Positions 8,918 to 17,610 of a stretch of 64,000 nt of DNA are shown piece after piece (the first letter of the stretch is position 1; each line of letters begins with the position of its first letter). The notes beneath the pieces are model-generated. The model was not told the origin of the DNA. It saw only the letters and a program-made list of their open reading frames with translations, and did not search any database. The stretch covers positions 145,518 to 209,517 of the forward strand of contig CAZPLB010000001.1 of NCBI GenBank assembly GCA_964587425.1. Reading direction: 5' to 3'. Both the position numbers and the translations under genes were made by a program. The stretch is from an uncultured Gammaproteobacteria bacterium (GTDB lineage Bacteria > Patescibacteriota > Microgenomatia > UBA8517).

Positions 8918-10363
8918 TTATATCCGAGGGAAGAGTGGTTTATCTGACTTAATTTTTGGTCCTTTGAACAAATCAAGAATAATCTTTGCAGTTTGGGGTA
9001 AGAATGGCTGTAGATTGAACGCAATTGATCTAATGTGGAAGACGAGATGATTTAGGTCCTTTTCAAGTTCCTCTCCAGTTTTTTTCCACACCTCTTCCTC
9101 GTTTATGAACTGGTCTGTTTGAGTTATCTCCTGCCATATTTCTTTAACTGCAAAATCAAATCTATACTCATTTACAAAGCTTTCCACTTTTGGTGAGAAT
9201 GAGAGTTTTGACTCAGGAAATTCGAGTCTTGAATTTTCACAGAGTTTGGCTACTCTCGCTACTAAATTTCCAAGACCATTGGCTAAATCTGATTCGTATG
9301 TTTGAAAAAGTTTTTCTTCGGAGAAGTCACCGTCTTGGAATGGTGAAACTTTGGCAAGACAATAATAGCGGAGTGCATCTGCTCCATGTTCTCCTATTTT
9401 TTTAGTTAATTTATCTAGCAACGGGATCGGGTCGTAAACGTTACCAACGGTTTTGCTCATTTTTTGTCCATTAACTGTAAAATATTCATGAACAAAGATT
9501 TCTTTTGGTAGATCTAATTTTGCAGAGAGAAGGAATGCTGGCCAATAAACTGCATGGAATCGAGTTATACCCTTTCCAATTACATGAATGTCTGCAGGCC
9601 AGTATTTTTTGTAAGTTTTTTCGTTCCAGCCAAAACCAATTCCTGATTGATAAACATTTAAAGCATCGAACCAAACATATATTCTCTGGGTTGGATCGTT
9701 TGGTACTGGTACTCCCCAGTTTTTTGCTCTTTCATTGGAGCGGGAAATACTAATATCTTGGAGAGGTTCCTTTAAGAAAGACAGCACTTCATTTTTTCTG
9801 GTTTCTGGAACTATTTTTATTTTGTTTTTTGTAATAATGTCTATTAGTTCTTTTTGGTATTTGGATAGTGCAAAGAAGTAATTTTCTTCCTCCACCTCTT
9901 CTAATTTTTTGCCTGGGTGTTCGTAGCATTCACCGTTTTTGTCTAGTTCATCTTTTGTGTAGAAGAGCTCACAACCAACGCAGTAGAGCCCTTTATATTT
10001 CTTTTTATAGATATTTCCGTTTTTGTCACAAAGTTCCCAAAGTTTTTGACTTGATGGGTAGTGGTGCTTTTGGTCACTTCCTTTCTGCCAGATATCGAAT
10101 TGGCAATTTAGCTTTTGGGTTAGTTCGACAAATAAATCATTGTTTTTGTCTACAAATTTTTGAATTGGTGTGTTTTCTTTTTCTGAAGCTTGGACATTTT
10201 TGAGGGCGTTTTCATCTCCACCTGAGAGAAGTTTGACGTCTTCACCAAGCAACCTGTGATATTTTGCGAGAACATCACCATAGACAAGCTCTAACGCGTG
10301 CCCAATGTGCGGTTTGGCGTTTACATATGGGATAGCGGTAGTGATATAAAATTTGTTGGCCAT
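8918..10363 (-). CDS. metG: Methionyl-tRNA synthetase (minimal form)
   Basis: HIGH (PHIGHALE), KMSKS (QKMSKTVGN), MetRS-specific VYWPAFLLSA and a Cys knuckle (CVGCE...C) are all present. Confidence 0.8.
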   Translation of the reverse strand: MANKFYITTAIPYVNAKPHIGHALELVYGDVLAKYHRLLGEDVKLLSGGDENALKNVQASEKENTPIQKFVDKNNDLFVELTQKLNCQFDIWQKGSDQKHHYPSSQKLWELCDKNGNIYKKKYKGLYCVGCELFYTKDELDKNGECYEHPGKKLEEVEEENYFFALSKYQKELIDIITKNKIKIVPETRKNEVLSFLKEPLQDISISRSNERAKNWGVPVPNDPTQRIYVWFDALNVYQSGIGFGWNEKTYKKYWPADIHVIGKGITRFHAVYWPAFLLSAKLDLPKEIFVHEYFTVNGQKMSKTVGNVYDPIPLLDKLTKKIGEHGADALRYYCLAKVSPFQDGDFSEEKLFQTYESDLANGLGNLVARVAKLCENSRLEFPESKLSFSPKVESFVNEYRFDFAVKEIWQEITQTDQFINEEEVWKKTGEELEKDLNHLVFHIRSIAFNLQPFLPQTAKIILDLFKGPKIKSDKPLFPRI

Positions 10364-10367
10364 GAAG

Positions 10368-10727
10368 CTATTTTATCACTTTTTTGATTTTGGTGGCCCA
10401 AACGTTTGCCCATTCATCTGCTTCAAGCAGTTTTAGTCCTTTTTGAAATCCTGGTCCCTCCTTTGATTTTTTGATCTGTAGAATGGTTTTGTCTGGTACA
10501 TTTAGGTTTTCCTTTATGTTTTCATTTGATCTACCTTTTTTTAGCCAGTAGGCAACTGCAAGACGTTTGGCGAGAGTCTCAAATTCCTTTGGTGTTAGAA
10601 AGTCTTCAAGAAATTCATATGTGCCATTTTTATCCTTAAATTCACTGAGGACTTTGGCAAGAGTAATTTTAATTTGTTTTTCTAAAATTTTGTTCATTTC
10701 TATTTGTATACCAGATATAGCTTTCAA
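10368..10727 (-). CDS. TrpR-like YerC/YecD family DNA-binding protein
   Basis: LTPKEFETLAKRLAVAYWLKKGRSNENIKENLNVPDKTILQIKKS matches the Trp-repressor-like HTH family. Confidence 0.55.
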   Translation of the reverse strand: MKAISGIQIEMNKILEKQIKITLAKVLSEFKDKNGTYEFLEDFLTPKEFETLAKRLAVAYWLKKGRSNENIKENLNVPDKTILQIKKSKEGPGFQKGLKLLEADEWANVWATKIKKVIK

Positions 10728-11034
10728 GGGAAATTAATATGCCAACAATTAAGAGGAAGTTTATAATATTTCCCACCCCAAAGAATCTCAAGACAGCAAA
10801 GAATGTTATACCACTTGCTACCATCAGTCCACGCCTAAGATTTGCAAATATAATAGAAGCAGTGAAAAGAGTTGCAAGGAAAAGAAGGATAAAAAATAAT
10901 GGAACTAGACCAAAGTTTTCTGGATTTGTGAAGTAAACGATGAAGAAAAGCGCTCCCCAGAGAGTAATTGTTAGTATTAGTGTGGGTAGGAAACTTTTTC
11001 TTTTTTTGATTTCTTTCTTACGTCTATCCTTCAC
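10669..11034 (-). CDS. Small membrane protein, unknown function
   Basis: Basic N-terminus followed by three TM helices. Overlaps the downstream TrpR-like gene. Confidence 0.4.
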   Translation of the reverse strand: MKDRRKKEIKKRKSFLPTLILTITLWGALFFIVYFTNPENFGLVPLFFILLFLATLFTASIIFANLRRGLMVASGITFFAVLRFFGVGNIINFLLIVGILISLESYIWYTNRNEQNFRKTN

Positions 11035-11048
11035 GGTATAATTATATT

Positions 11049-11975
11049 ATGGATTTAATGATTATTCTTGCCACTTTAGTTATTGGGTTTATAGTGCTTG
11101 GGTATCTTGTATCTCGCAAGCAGAAACCATCAAACGATATTCTTGAATATTTGAAGGTAACTAATACCCGTCTTGATAGGCAGGGACAAAATTTTAACGA
11201 GAGACTTGATAATGCTGCAAACGTAATTTCGCAGGTGCAGAGAAATATTGGAGAGATGAGTGAGATAGGGCGTAGCATGAAGGACTTGCAGGAATTTTTA
11301 CAGTCTCCAAAACTTCGTGGAAATATTGGAGAGCAGGTTTTGAAGGAGCTTTTGGGACAGAGTTTGCCTAAGGGGTCTTTTCATTTGCAGTATGCATTTA
11401 AAAGTGGGGCAAAGGTTGATGCTGCAATTAAAACATCGGCTGGAATAATACCAATAGATTCTAAGTTTCCGATGGAGAACTTTCGAAGAATGATGAAGGA
11501 TCCAACCTTAAGTGAAGCGAAGAAAGATTTTGAAAGGGATGTAAGGAAACACATTGATGATATATCTAAAAAATATATTTTAACTGATGAGGGGACTATT
11601 GATTATGCGTTGATGTATATACCAAGTGAGGCGGTGTATTACGAAATAGTTAACAATCAAGACCTTTTTGAATATTCAAACAAGATGAGAGTCTTGCCTG
11701 TTTCCCCTACTACTTTTTATGCATATATGAAGGTGATATTAATGAGTTTTGAAGGGCAGAAGATTGAAGAGAGGGCAAAACAGATACTTTCTTCAATACG
11801 TGCCATACAGAAAGATTATTTGAAGGTGGAAGGAGATTTGGGAATACTGCAGAAACATTTAAATAGTGCATATGTAAAAATGGGTGACGTTTTTTCTGCA
11901 TTTGGTAGGCTTGGAGGAAAAATTAGTGCAACTAATAATTTGGGTGACGAAGAGTCTTCTCAAAAAATCTCCTAG
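11049..11975 (+). CDS. rmuC: DNA recombination protein RmuC
   Basis: N-terminal TM, coiled coil and RmuC core (IPIDSKFPMENF, YALMYIPSEAVYYE). Confidence 0.75.
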   Translation: MDLMIILATLVIGFIVLGYLVSRKQKPSNDILEYLKVTNTRLDRQGQNFNERLDNAANVISQVQRNIGEMSEIGRSMKDLQEFLQSPKLRGNIGEQVLKELLGQSLPKGSFHLQYAFKSGAKVDAAIKTSAGIIPIDSKFPMENFRRMMKDPTLSEAKKDFERDVRKHIDDISKKYILTDEGTIDYALMYIPSEAVYYEIVNNQDLFEYSNKMRVLPVSPTTFYAYMKVILMSFEGQKIEERAKQILSSIRAIQKDYLKVEGDLGILQKHLNSAYVKMGDVFSAFGRLGGKISATNNLGDEESSQKIS

Positions 11976-11990
11976 TGTTAGAATGTTTGC

Positions 11991-12296
11991 ATGATTAGTG
12001 AAAATCAGAGACTAAGGATTGTTTCGGCGCTTGAAGAAGGAAATATTTCTTCGAAAGAAACACTAATGAAAATGGCAGCAAAAGGGATTCAAAAGGATAA
12101 TAAAATATTAGTTGTCTCTTGTGATTTTTTGGGTGACTGTTTGGTCGGTGTTGCTATTGGATATGACAAAATCAATGGTCGACCTGCGAAATTGTTTATA
12201 GAATGTACTAGACATGATGGATCTATTCATACTCTTGTCGTAGATGAAAATAGTTGGATTGAGAGGTTTGTGTGGGATTATTTGGTGTTAGAATAG
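11991..12296 (+). CDS. Hypothetical protein (101 aa)
   Basis: ORF with start adjacent to rmuC and stop 4 nt before the helicase-nuclease gene. No motif recognised. Confidence 0.35.
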   Translation: MISENQRLRIVSALEEGNISSKETLMKMAAKGIQKDNKILVVSCDFLGDCLVGVAIGYDKINGRPAKLFIECTRHDGSIHTLVVDENSWIERFVWDYLVLE

Positions 12297-12300
12297 CTTC

Positions 12301-15189
12301 ATGTCGAATGAAAAAGAATTGAATAAAGAGCAACTTCAGGCTGTTAGACACAAAACAGGTCCACTCCTTGTAATTGCTGGGGCTGGGACTGGGAAGACTA
12401 CTGTAATTACTGAGAGAATTAAATATTTAATTGAAAAAGGTTTAACACGCCCTGAAGAAATACTTGCTCTCACTTTTACTGAAAAGGCCTCAAGAGAAAT
12501 GGAGGCAAGAGTGGATGTGGCACTTCCCTATGGATATACCAATATGTGGATAATGACATTCCATTCATTTTGCGAAAGGATATTAAGGCAGCACGGTCTA
12601 CACATTGGACTTGACCCGAGGTTTAAATTGATGACCGAAACTGAAACGGTGCAGTTGATTCGAAAAAATATTTTCCTTTTTAAGTTAAATTATTTTAGAC
12701 CTTTGGGGAATCCAAATAAATTTATAGGAGGGATGATACAACACTTTTCAAGACTCCAGGATGAGGATGTATCACCTGCCGATTATCTTGATTGGGCAAG
12801 AAAAAAACAAAAGAGGAAGGATATTACTGAAGAACAAAAGAGTGAAAGTGAAAAATGGCTGGAGCTTTCAAATGCATTCAGAACACATGAGGAGTTGAAA
12901 GTTAAAAGTGGGTTTATGGACTTTGGGGATTTAATTGCAAAAACATTAAAACTTTTAAGGGACAGACCGAATATATTAAAGGAGTATCAGAAACAGTTTA
13001 AATACATTCTTATAGATGAATTCCAAGATACTAATTATGCACAAAATAAACTAGCTCTTCTAATGGTCGGAAAAGAGAAAAATATTACAGTGGTTGGGGA
13101 TGATGATCAAAGTGTGTACCGTTTTCGCGGAGCGGCGGTAAGTAATATTATTCAATTCAGAAAGAGTTTTCCGAAAGCTAAAGTTGTTGTTTTAACAAGA
13201 AATTATAGATCGACACAGGAAATATTGGATAGGTCGTATGATTTAATACAACACAATAATCCAGATAGGTTGGAGGTTGTCGAGAAAATTGACAAGCGAT
13301 TGGTGGCACTGGCGAGTACGAGAAAGCCGGCAAAGGTGAGATTTATACACACCGACAGAGTGGAAAATGAAGCAGAAGAAGTTGCAAAGGAAATTAAAAA
13401 GTTGTCCAGTAGGTATGACTACAAAGATTTTGCAATATTGGTTCGAGCCAATAATCATGCAGAACCATTTAGTCGCTCACTTTCGAGAAATGGAATTCCA
13501 TATCAGTTTTTGGGTCCTGGGAGACTATTTAAACAGCCTGAAATTATTGACTTAATATCGTATCTCAAAGTTTTGTATAACTTTGAGGATTCAGTATCAA
13601 TGTATCGAATCCTCACAATGCCTGAATTTGAAGTTGACGCAAGAGATGTAGCTAAAATTGGGAATTATGCGAAAAAATATAATTTAAGTTTGTTCGAAGT
13701 ATGTGAGAAGGTAAATGAGATTTTGGTTAGCGGGGAAACAAAAACTAAGGTTGGTAAAATTCTTCAAATAATCATAAAACACTTGGGATTAATTCGAAAA
13801 GAAAGTGCTGGACAAATTCTCTATTACTTTTTGGAGGAGAGTGGATTACTTCGGAATTTAATTGACCCTAAATCGAAGGATGTAGAAAAGAGGGCGGGCA
13901 ATATATCAAAATTTTTTGATAAATTGAAATCTTATGAAACGGATCATGAGGATGCAAATGTTTTTGCGATTGTTGATTGGATTGATTTATCACAGGAATT
14001 GGGAGAGTCTCCAATGGCAACAGACAATGATTGGGGAGAAATTAATGCAGTAAACATATTAACAGTTCACTCTTCAAAAGGTCTTGAGTTCCCCATTGTA
14101 TTTTTAATCAATTTGGTTGGAGAAAGGTTTCCAACTAGAGAGAGACACGAACAGATTCCAATTCCAAATGAATTAATTAAAGAAGTCCTTCCACAGGGGG
14201 ACTACCATATGGAGGAAGAAAGAAGACTTTTCTATGTTGGGATGACAAGGGCAAAGGAAAGACTTTATTTGACTGCAGCTAATTATTATGGGGAGGGAAA
14301 GCGCGAAAAGAAATTGAGTCCATTTATATCTGAGGCGCTTGGTGGGGCATTGGCAACTGAAAAACAAATAATTCAAAAGGGAGGAAAAGTGTTTTTGGGC
14401 TATTCAAATGATGAGATTAGGACTGGAGAGGATTCACATAAATTGAAAATTAATTATCTTTCTTATTCTCAGATTGAAACATTTAAAATTTGCCCTCTTC
14501 ATTACAAGTTGAAATATATATTAAGGATTCCGACTCCAACATCTGCTTCACAATCTTTTGGTATTTCAATACATTCTACGCTGCAGAAATTTTATGAGGG
14601 AGTCAGAGATGGGGATAAACCAAACGAAAAATATATCTTCAAAGTTTTGGAAGATAACTGGGTAAAGGAAGGATTCACAAGTAAAAAACATGAAGATAAA
14701 TTTTATGGGCAAGCAAAGGAATTTTTGAGTGAATTTTTGGAAGAGCAATTTAACTCTGATCACTTGCCTGTAGCTATGGAAATTCCTTTTACAATTCCGC
14801 TTTCAAATGATTTGAAGATTGGTGGGAAGATAGATAGGGTGGATGAGCTTGCTGACGGTAGAATTGAAATTTGGGATTATAAAACTGGGGCAAATGTTCC
14901 AACACAAAGGGAAGTAGATCACGATATGCAGCTTACTTTTTATGCTCTGGCTGCAACTACTCTTCAGGAAAAACCTTTTGGTAAAAAAGCAGAAGAAGTT
15001 TTACTGACACTTTACTATTTTGATGGAAAGAAAAAGATTACAACAACAAGGACAAAGGAGGATTTGGAAAAAGTAAAAAAAGAAATACTTAAGTTTAGAG
15101 ATGAAATTAATAAGTCTAGTTTCAAATGTTCTGACAACATGCTTTGTAAAAATTGCGAATACAAACTTCTTTGCAGTGTGGAGGAATAA
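12301..15189 (+). CDS. UvrD/PcrA-type helicase fused to C-terminal RecB-family (PD-D/ExK) nuclease with Cas4/AddB-like Cys cluster
   Basis: Walker A AGAGTGKT, helicase motifs (DEFQDT, VGDDDQSVYRFRGA, TVHSSKGLEF, GMTRAKERL). C-terminal GKIDRVDE..IEIWDYKTG nuclease motif plus Cys residues (CPLHY ... CKNCEYKLLC). Confidence 0.8.
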   Translation: MSNEKELNKEQLQAVRHKTGPLLVIAGAGTGKTTVITERIKYLIEKGLTRPEEILALTFTEKASREMEARVDVALPYGYTNMWIMTFHSFCERILRQHGLHIGLDPRFKLMTETETVQLIRKNIFLFKLNYFRPLGNPNKFIGGMIQHFSRLQDEDVSPADYLDWARKKQKRKDITEEQKSESEKWLELSNAFRTHEELKVKSGFMDFGDLIAKTLKLLRDRPNILKEYQKQFKYILIDEFQDTNYAQNKLALLMVGKEKNITVVGDDDQSVYRFRGAAVSNIIQFRKSFPKAKVVVLTRNYRSTQEILDRSYDLIQHNNPDRLEVVEKIDKRLVALASTRKPAKVRFIHTDRVENEAEEVAKEIKKLSSRYDYKDFAILVRANNHAEPFSRSLSRNGIPYQFLGPGRLFKQPEIIDLISYLKVLYNFEDSVSMYRILTMPEFEVDARDVAKIGNYAKKYNLSLFEVCEKVNEILVSGETKTKVGKILQIIIKHLGLIRKESAGQILYYFLEESGLLRNLIDPKSKDVEKRAGNISKFFDKLKSYETDHEDANVFAIVDWIDLSQELGESPMATDNDWGEINAVNILTVHSSKGLEFPIVFLINLVGERFPTRERHEQIPIPNELIKEVLPQGDYHMEEERRLFYVGMTRAKERLYLTAANYYGEGKREKKLSPFISEALGGALATEKQIIQKGGKVFLGYSNDEIRTGEDSHKLKINYLSYSQIETFKICPLHYKLKYILRIPTPTSASQSFGISIHSTLQKFYEGVRDGDKPNEKYIFKVLEDNWVKEGFTSKKHEDKFYGQAKEFLSEFLEEQFNSDHLPVAMEIPFTIPLSNDLKIGGKIDRVDELADGRIEIWDYKTGANVPTQREVDHDMQLTFYALAATTLQEKPFGKKAEEVLLTLYYFDGKKKITTTRTKEDLEKVKKEILKFRDEINKSSFKCSDNMLCKNCEYKLLCSVEE

Positions 15190-15450
15190 TTATTTGAAGC
15201 TTATTATCAGCAATCCTTTTTCCTTGATTTCAGATTGACTCCAGAATTTTTGTTTCTTGGTATCTAGCACAAAAATGATTTCTTTCTCTAATTTTCTCCC
15301 TGTGTACTTTTTTGTTTTTGGATCAAATTCTTCGAGGACTAAGATATCACCAATTTTGCATTTAAAATCGGAAAGTCTTACATCGAAAGTTTTGTTGCCG
15401 TCTAGAATTTCTTGGAAATATGGCATCCACGTTTTTTTTCTGATTTTCAT
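15190..15450 (-). CDS. Small ASCH/DUF3850-like protein
   Basis: 86 aa. KTFDVRLSDFKCKIGDILVLEEFDP pattern resembles an ASCH-like beta-barrel. Weak call. Confidence 0.35.
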   Translation of the reverse strand: MKIRKKTWMPYFQEILDGNKTFDVRLSDFKCKIGDILVLEEFDPKTKKYTGRKLEKEIIFVLDTKKQKFWSQSEIKEKGLLIISFK

Positions 15451-15471
15451 ACACTATAATACTCTAGTTTT

Positions 15472-15846
15472 ATGGAAACACTAAGGAGACCCGATATTTA
15501 TTTGAATACAAACGGTAGTGATTTTTATGGGAATAACCCAATGCAATATTTTGTTGAGATTGATGCTTTTCAGAGAAAAATGGAAGAGGAAAGTGAAAAG
15601 GCAGACGTTCACGTAAAGAGATGTCGTGTTGCCATAATTGTGATGGCGACATCTTTAACTCTCAATCCAATAGCTAGTGCAATTATGGTTACTCCAATAT
15701 TGTGGGAATTAAGTAAAATTATAAAGCATACAAAAACAGCAGATAAATTACAGGAACAAGTTGTGACGCTTATGCGAGATAGGTTTCTTGAATTGATGTT
15801 TATTAAAAATAATACTTCTCTTAATGGAACAGATAACTTAAATTAA
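15472..15846 (+). CDS. Hypothetical protein (124 aa)
   Basis: ORF only. One hydrophobic segment. Divergent from the ASCH-like gene. Confidence 0.3.
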   Translation: METLRRPDIYLNTNGSDFYGNNPMQYFVEIDAFQRKMEEESEKADVHVKRCRVAIIVMATSLTLNPIASAIMVTPILWELSKIIKHTKTADKLQEQVVTLMRDRFLELMFIKNNTSLNGTDNLN

Positions 15847-16639
15847 ATATGGTTTTTGTAAAACAACCTGGGTATTCTGTTTCTTGTCCACCAAACCTTT
15901 TTTTAAATCTTGTGAAGCCGAGCCAACTTTTGATTGGAAATCTTTCATCATAGATGCCATCAAAATCATAGACCTTGAAACCTTTCTTTTTTGCAAATTG
16001 GATCGTATGCCATGTTAATAATGTTGGTGCAAAAAGTTTATTCCCTTCCTTGGTTGATGCGGCATGCATGTAATAAGCTGTGTCCTTTGTTGTTAGAAGT
16101 AAAATTCCAGCAAGTAATTTATTATTTTTGTATGCACAGAATAGGTGTGTGTTTTTATCAAAGGCTTCATTTAGCTTGATGATATTTTTTTTCTGAGAGA
16201 AAAAGTTGCCTTTAAGTTTTGCAAACTTTTCTATTTCATTTGACTCTCCAATTTCCAATCCTTTTCTTTTTGCAAGACCAATGTTGTAGCGGGTTTTGGA
16301 GTACATTTCTTTCAATAGTTTTTCCTTTGTTTTTGTTAGATCAATTTGAATTGTTTTTGTTGGGAGGGATGGGGAATTGGAAAGTTTGAAATTGTGGTTT
16401 AGTAAAAGTGTTTTACTTTTATTATTGTCTGGTTCAATAGAAAATTGGAAAGGGTGATATTTTAATTCAACGAAATTTATAATTTTGCTGTTTAGAACTG
16501 AAGGACGCTGTATTTTTGCAAACCAACCAAGTACGGGGATCTTTTTAAGATATATAAAAATGCCGTCTACTGTTCCTACTTTCCAACCACTAGATTCAAG
16601 GTATTTGGCGTACTCTTTTACTTGCCTAATATCTGTCAT
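15821..16639 (-). CDS. FemAB-family aminoacyl-tRNA-dependent peptidyltransferase (peptidoglycan branch/bridge formation)
   Basis: FemAB/GNAT-like C-terminal block (LLAGILLLTTKDTAYYMHAASTKEG, GFKVYDFDGI). Paralog of the next gene. Confidence 0.65.
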   Translation of the reverse strand: MTDIRQVKEYAKYLESSGWKVGTVDGIFIYLKKIPVLGWFAKIQRPSVLNSKIINFVELKYHPFQFSIEPDNNKSKTLLLNHNFKLSNSPSLPTKTIQIDLTKTKEKLLKEMYSKTRYNIGLAKRKGLEIGESNEIEKFAKLKGNFFSQKKNIIKLNEAFDKNTHLFCAYKNNKLLAGILLLTTKDTAYYMHAASTKEGNKLFAPTLLTWHTIQFAKKKGFKVYDFDGIYDERFPIKSWLGFTRFKKRFGGQETEYPGCFTKTIFNLSYLFH

Positions 16640-17610
16640 TAGAAGGTTGGGTTAACGAATTTACTTTTGCTTCGGAGAACTAGCCATCTAGTGAATTCCA
16701 TCATTCTGTATAAATAATACATTGGTTTATTAATTATTAAGTCCCAGGTTCCTAGGAATTCTACAACTTGTGGGTTATATCCTTCTTTAAATTTAGTAAA
16801 TCCTTTTCCTTCTTCTCTTCCCCAAAGATCAAAAGTGTTGAGATTATGTTTTTTTCCAAATTTGATTGCTTCCCACATCATGAGATTATTTGCCATTATG
16901 TTTTTGTATTTGTGAGTGGAAGCTCCATATGGATAGTAAAGAAATTTGTCGTGTGCAAAAAGTATCCAAGCAGTTACTATTTCACCATTGTATTTTGCAA
17001 CTAGGAGGTGGGCTATGTTTTCTTTGTGTAAAACGTCCCACATTAGTTTGTGATATTTTTCTGAGTGTGCATAGAACTTGTCTCGTTGGACTGTTTCACG
17101 CATGAGTTCAAGATACTTTTCAAATGCTTCATTTGAATTATCTTCACTTACTTTCACTCCTTTCTTTTGGGCTAGTCTAATGTTGTAGCGGGTTTTTGAG
17201 GAGAAACTTTTCATTAGTTCCTCTTCACTTCTGGTTAGGTCTATCCAAAAGGTAGTTGGGGTGAAGATTGTTTTTCCTGGAACACCTCCGAATTTTTTTA
17301 TTTCCCATACAATTTTCTCTTTATCAGCGCAGGCGATACCTCCTTTTTTGATTACATAATTTGGCTCAAGCTTTATGAATATTAAGTTGTTTTCTCTTCC
17401 AAAAGAGGTTAGTGCTTTTAGCATTTCTTCTGTTGGCATTTCACCTTTTTCAAAAATTGCCAGTTTTTTGTTTAGAAATGGAATGGCGTGAATAGTTAAC
17501 AATGAACTGTCTACTCGAGCAGTAGTATTGCCCCATTTTTCGCGGAAGGTTTCCCAGGCTTTGGTTTGAAGAGGGTGAGACATATAGCCAATTTTACCAG
17601 TTAAAGTCAT
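16639..17610 (-). CDS. FemAB-family aminoacyl-tRNA-dependent peptidyltransferase
   Basis: FAHDKFLYYPYGASTHKYKNIMANNLMMWEAIKFGKKHNLNTFDLWG matches the FemX/FemAB fold. Tandem with 15821..16639. Confidence 0.7.
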   Translation of the reverse strand: MTLTGKIGYMSHPLQTKAWETFREKWGNTTARVDSSLLTIHAIPFLNKKLAIFEKGEMPTEEMLKALTSFGRENNLIFIKLEPNYVIKKGGIACADKEKIVWEIKKFGGVPGKTIFTPTTFWIDLTRSEEELMKSFSSKTRYNIRLAQKKGVKVSEDNSNEAFEKYLELMRETVQRDKFYAHSEKYHKLMWDVLHKENIAHLLVAKYNGEIVTAWILFAHDKFLYYPYGASTHKYKNIMANNLMMWEAIKFGKKHNLNTFDLWGREEGKGFTKFKEGYNPQVVEFLGTWDLIINKPMYYLYRMMEFTRWLVLRSKSKFVNPTF

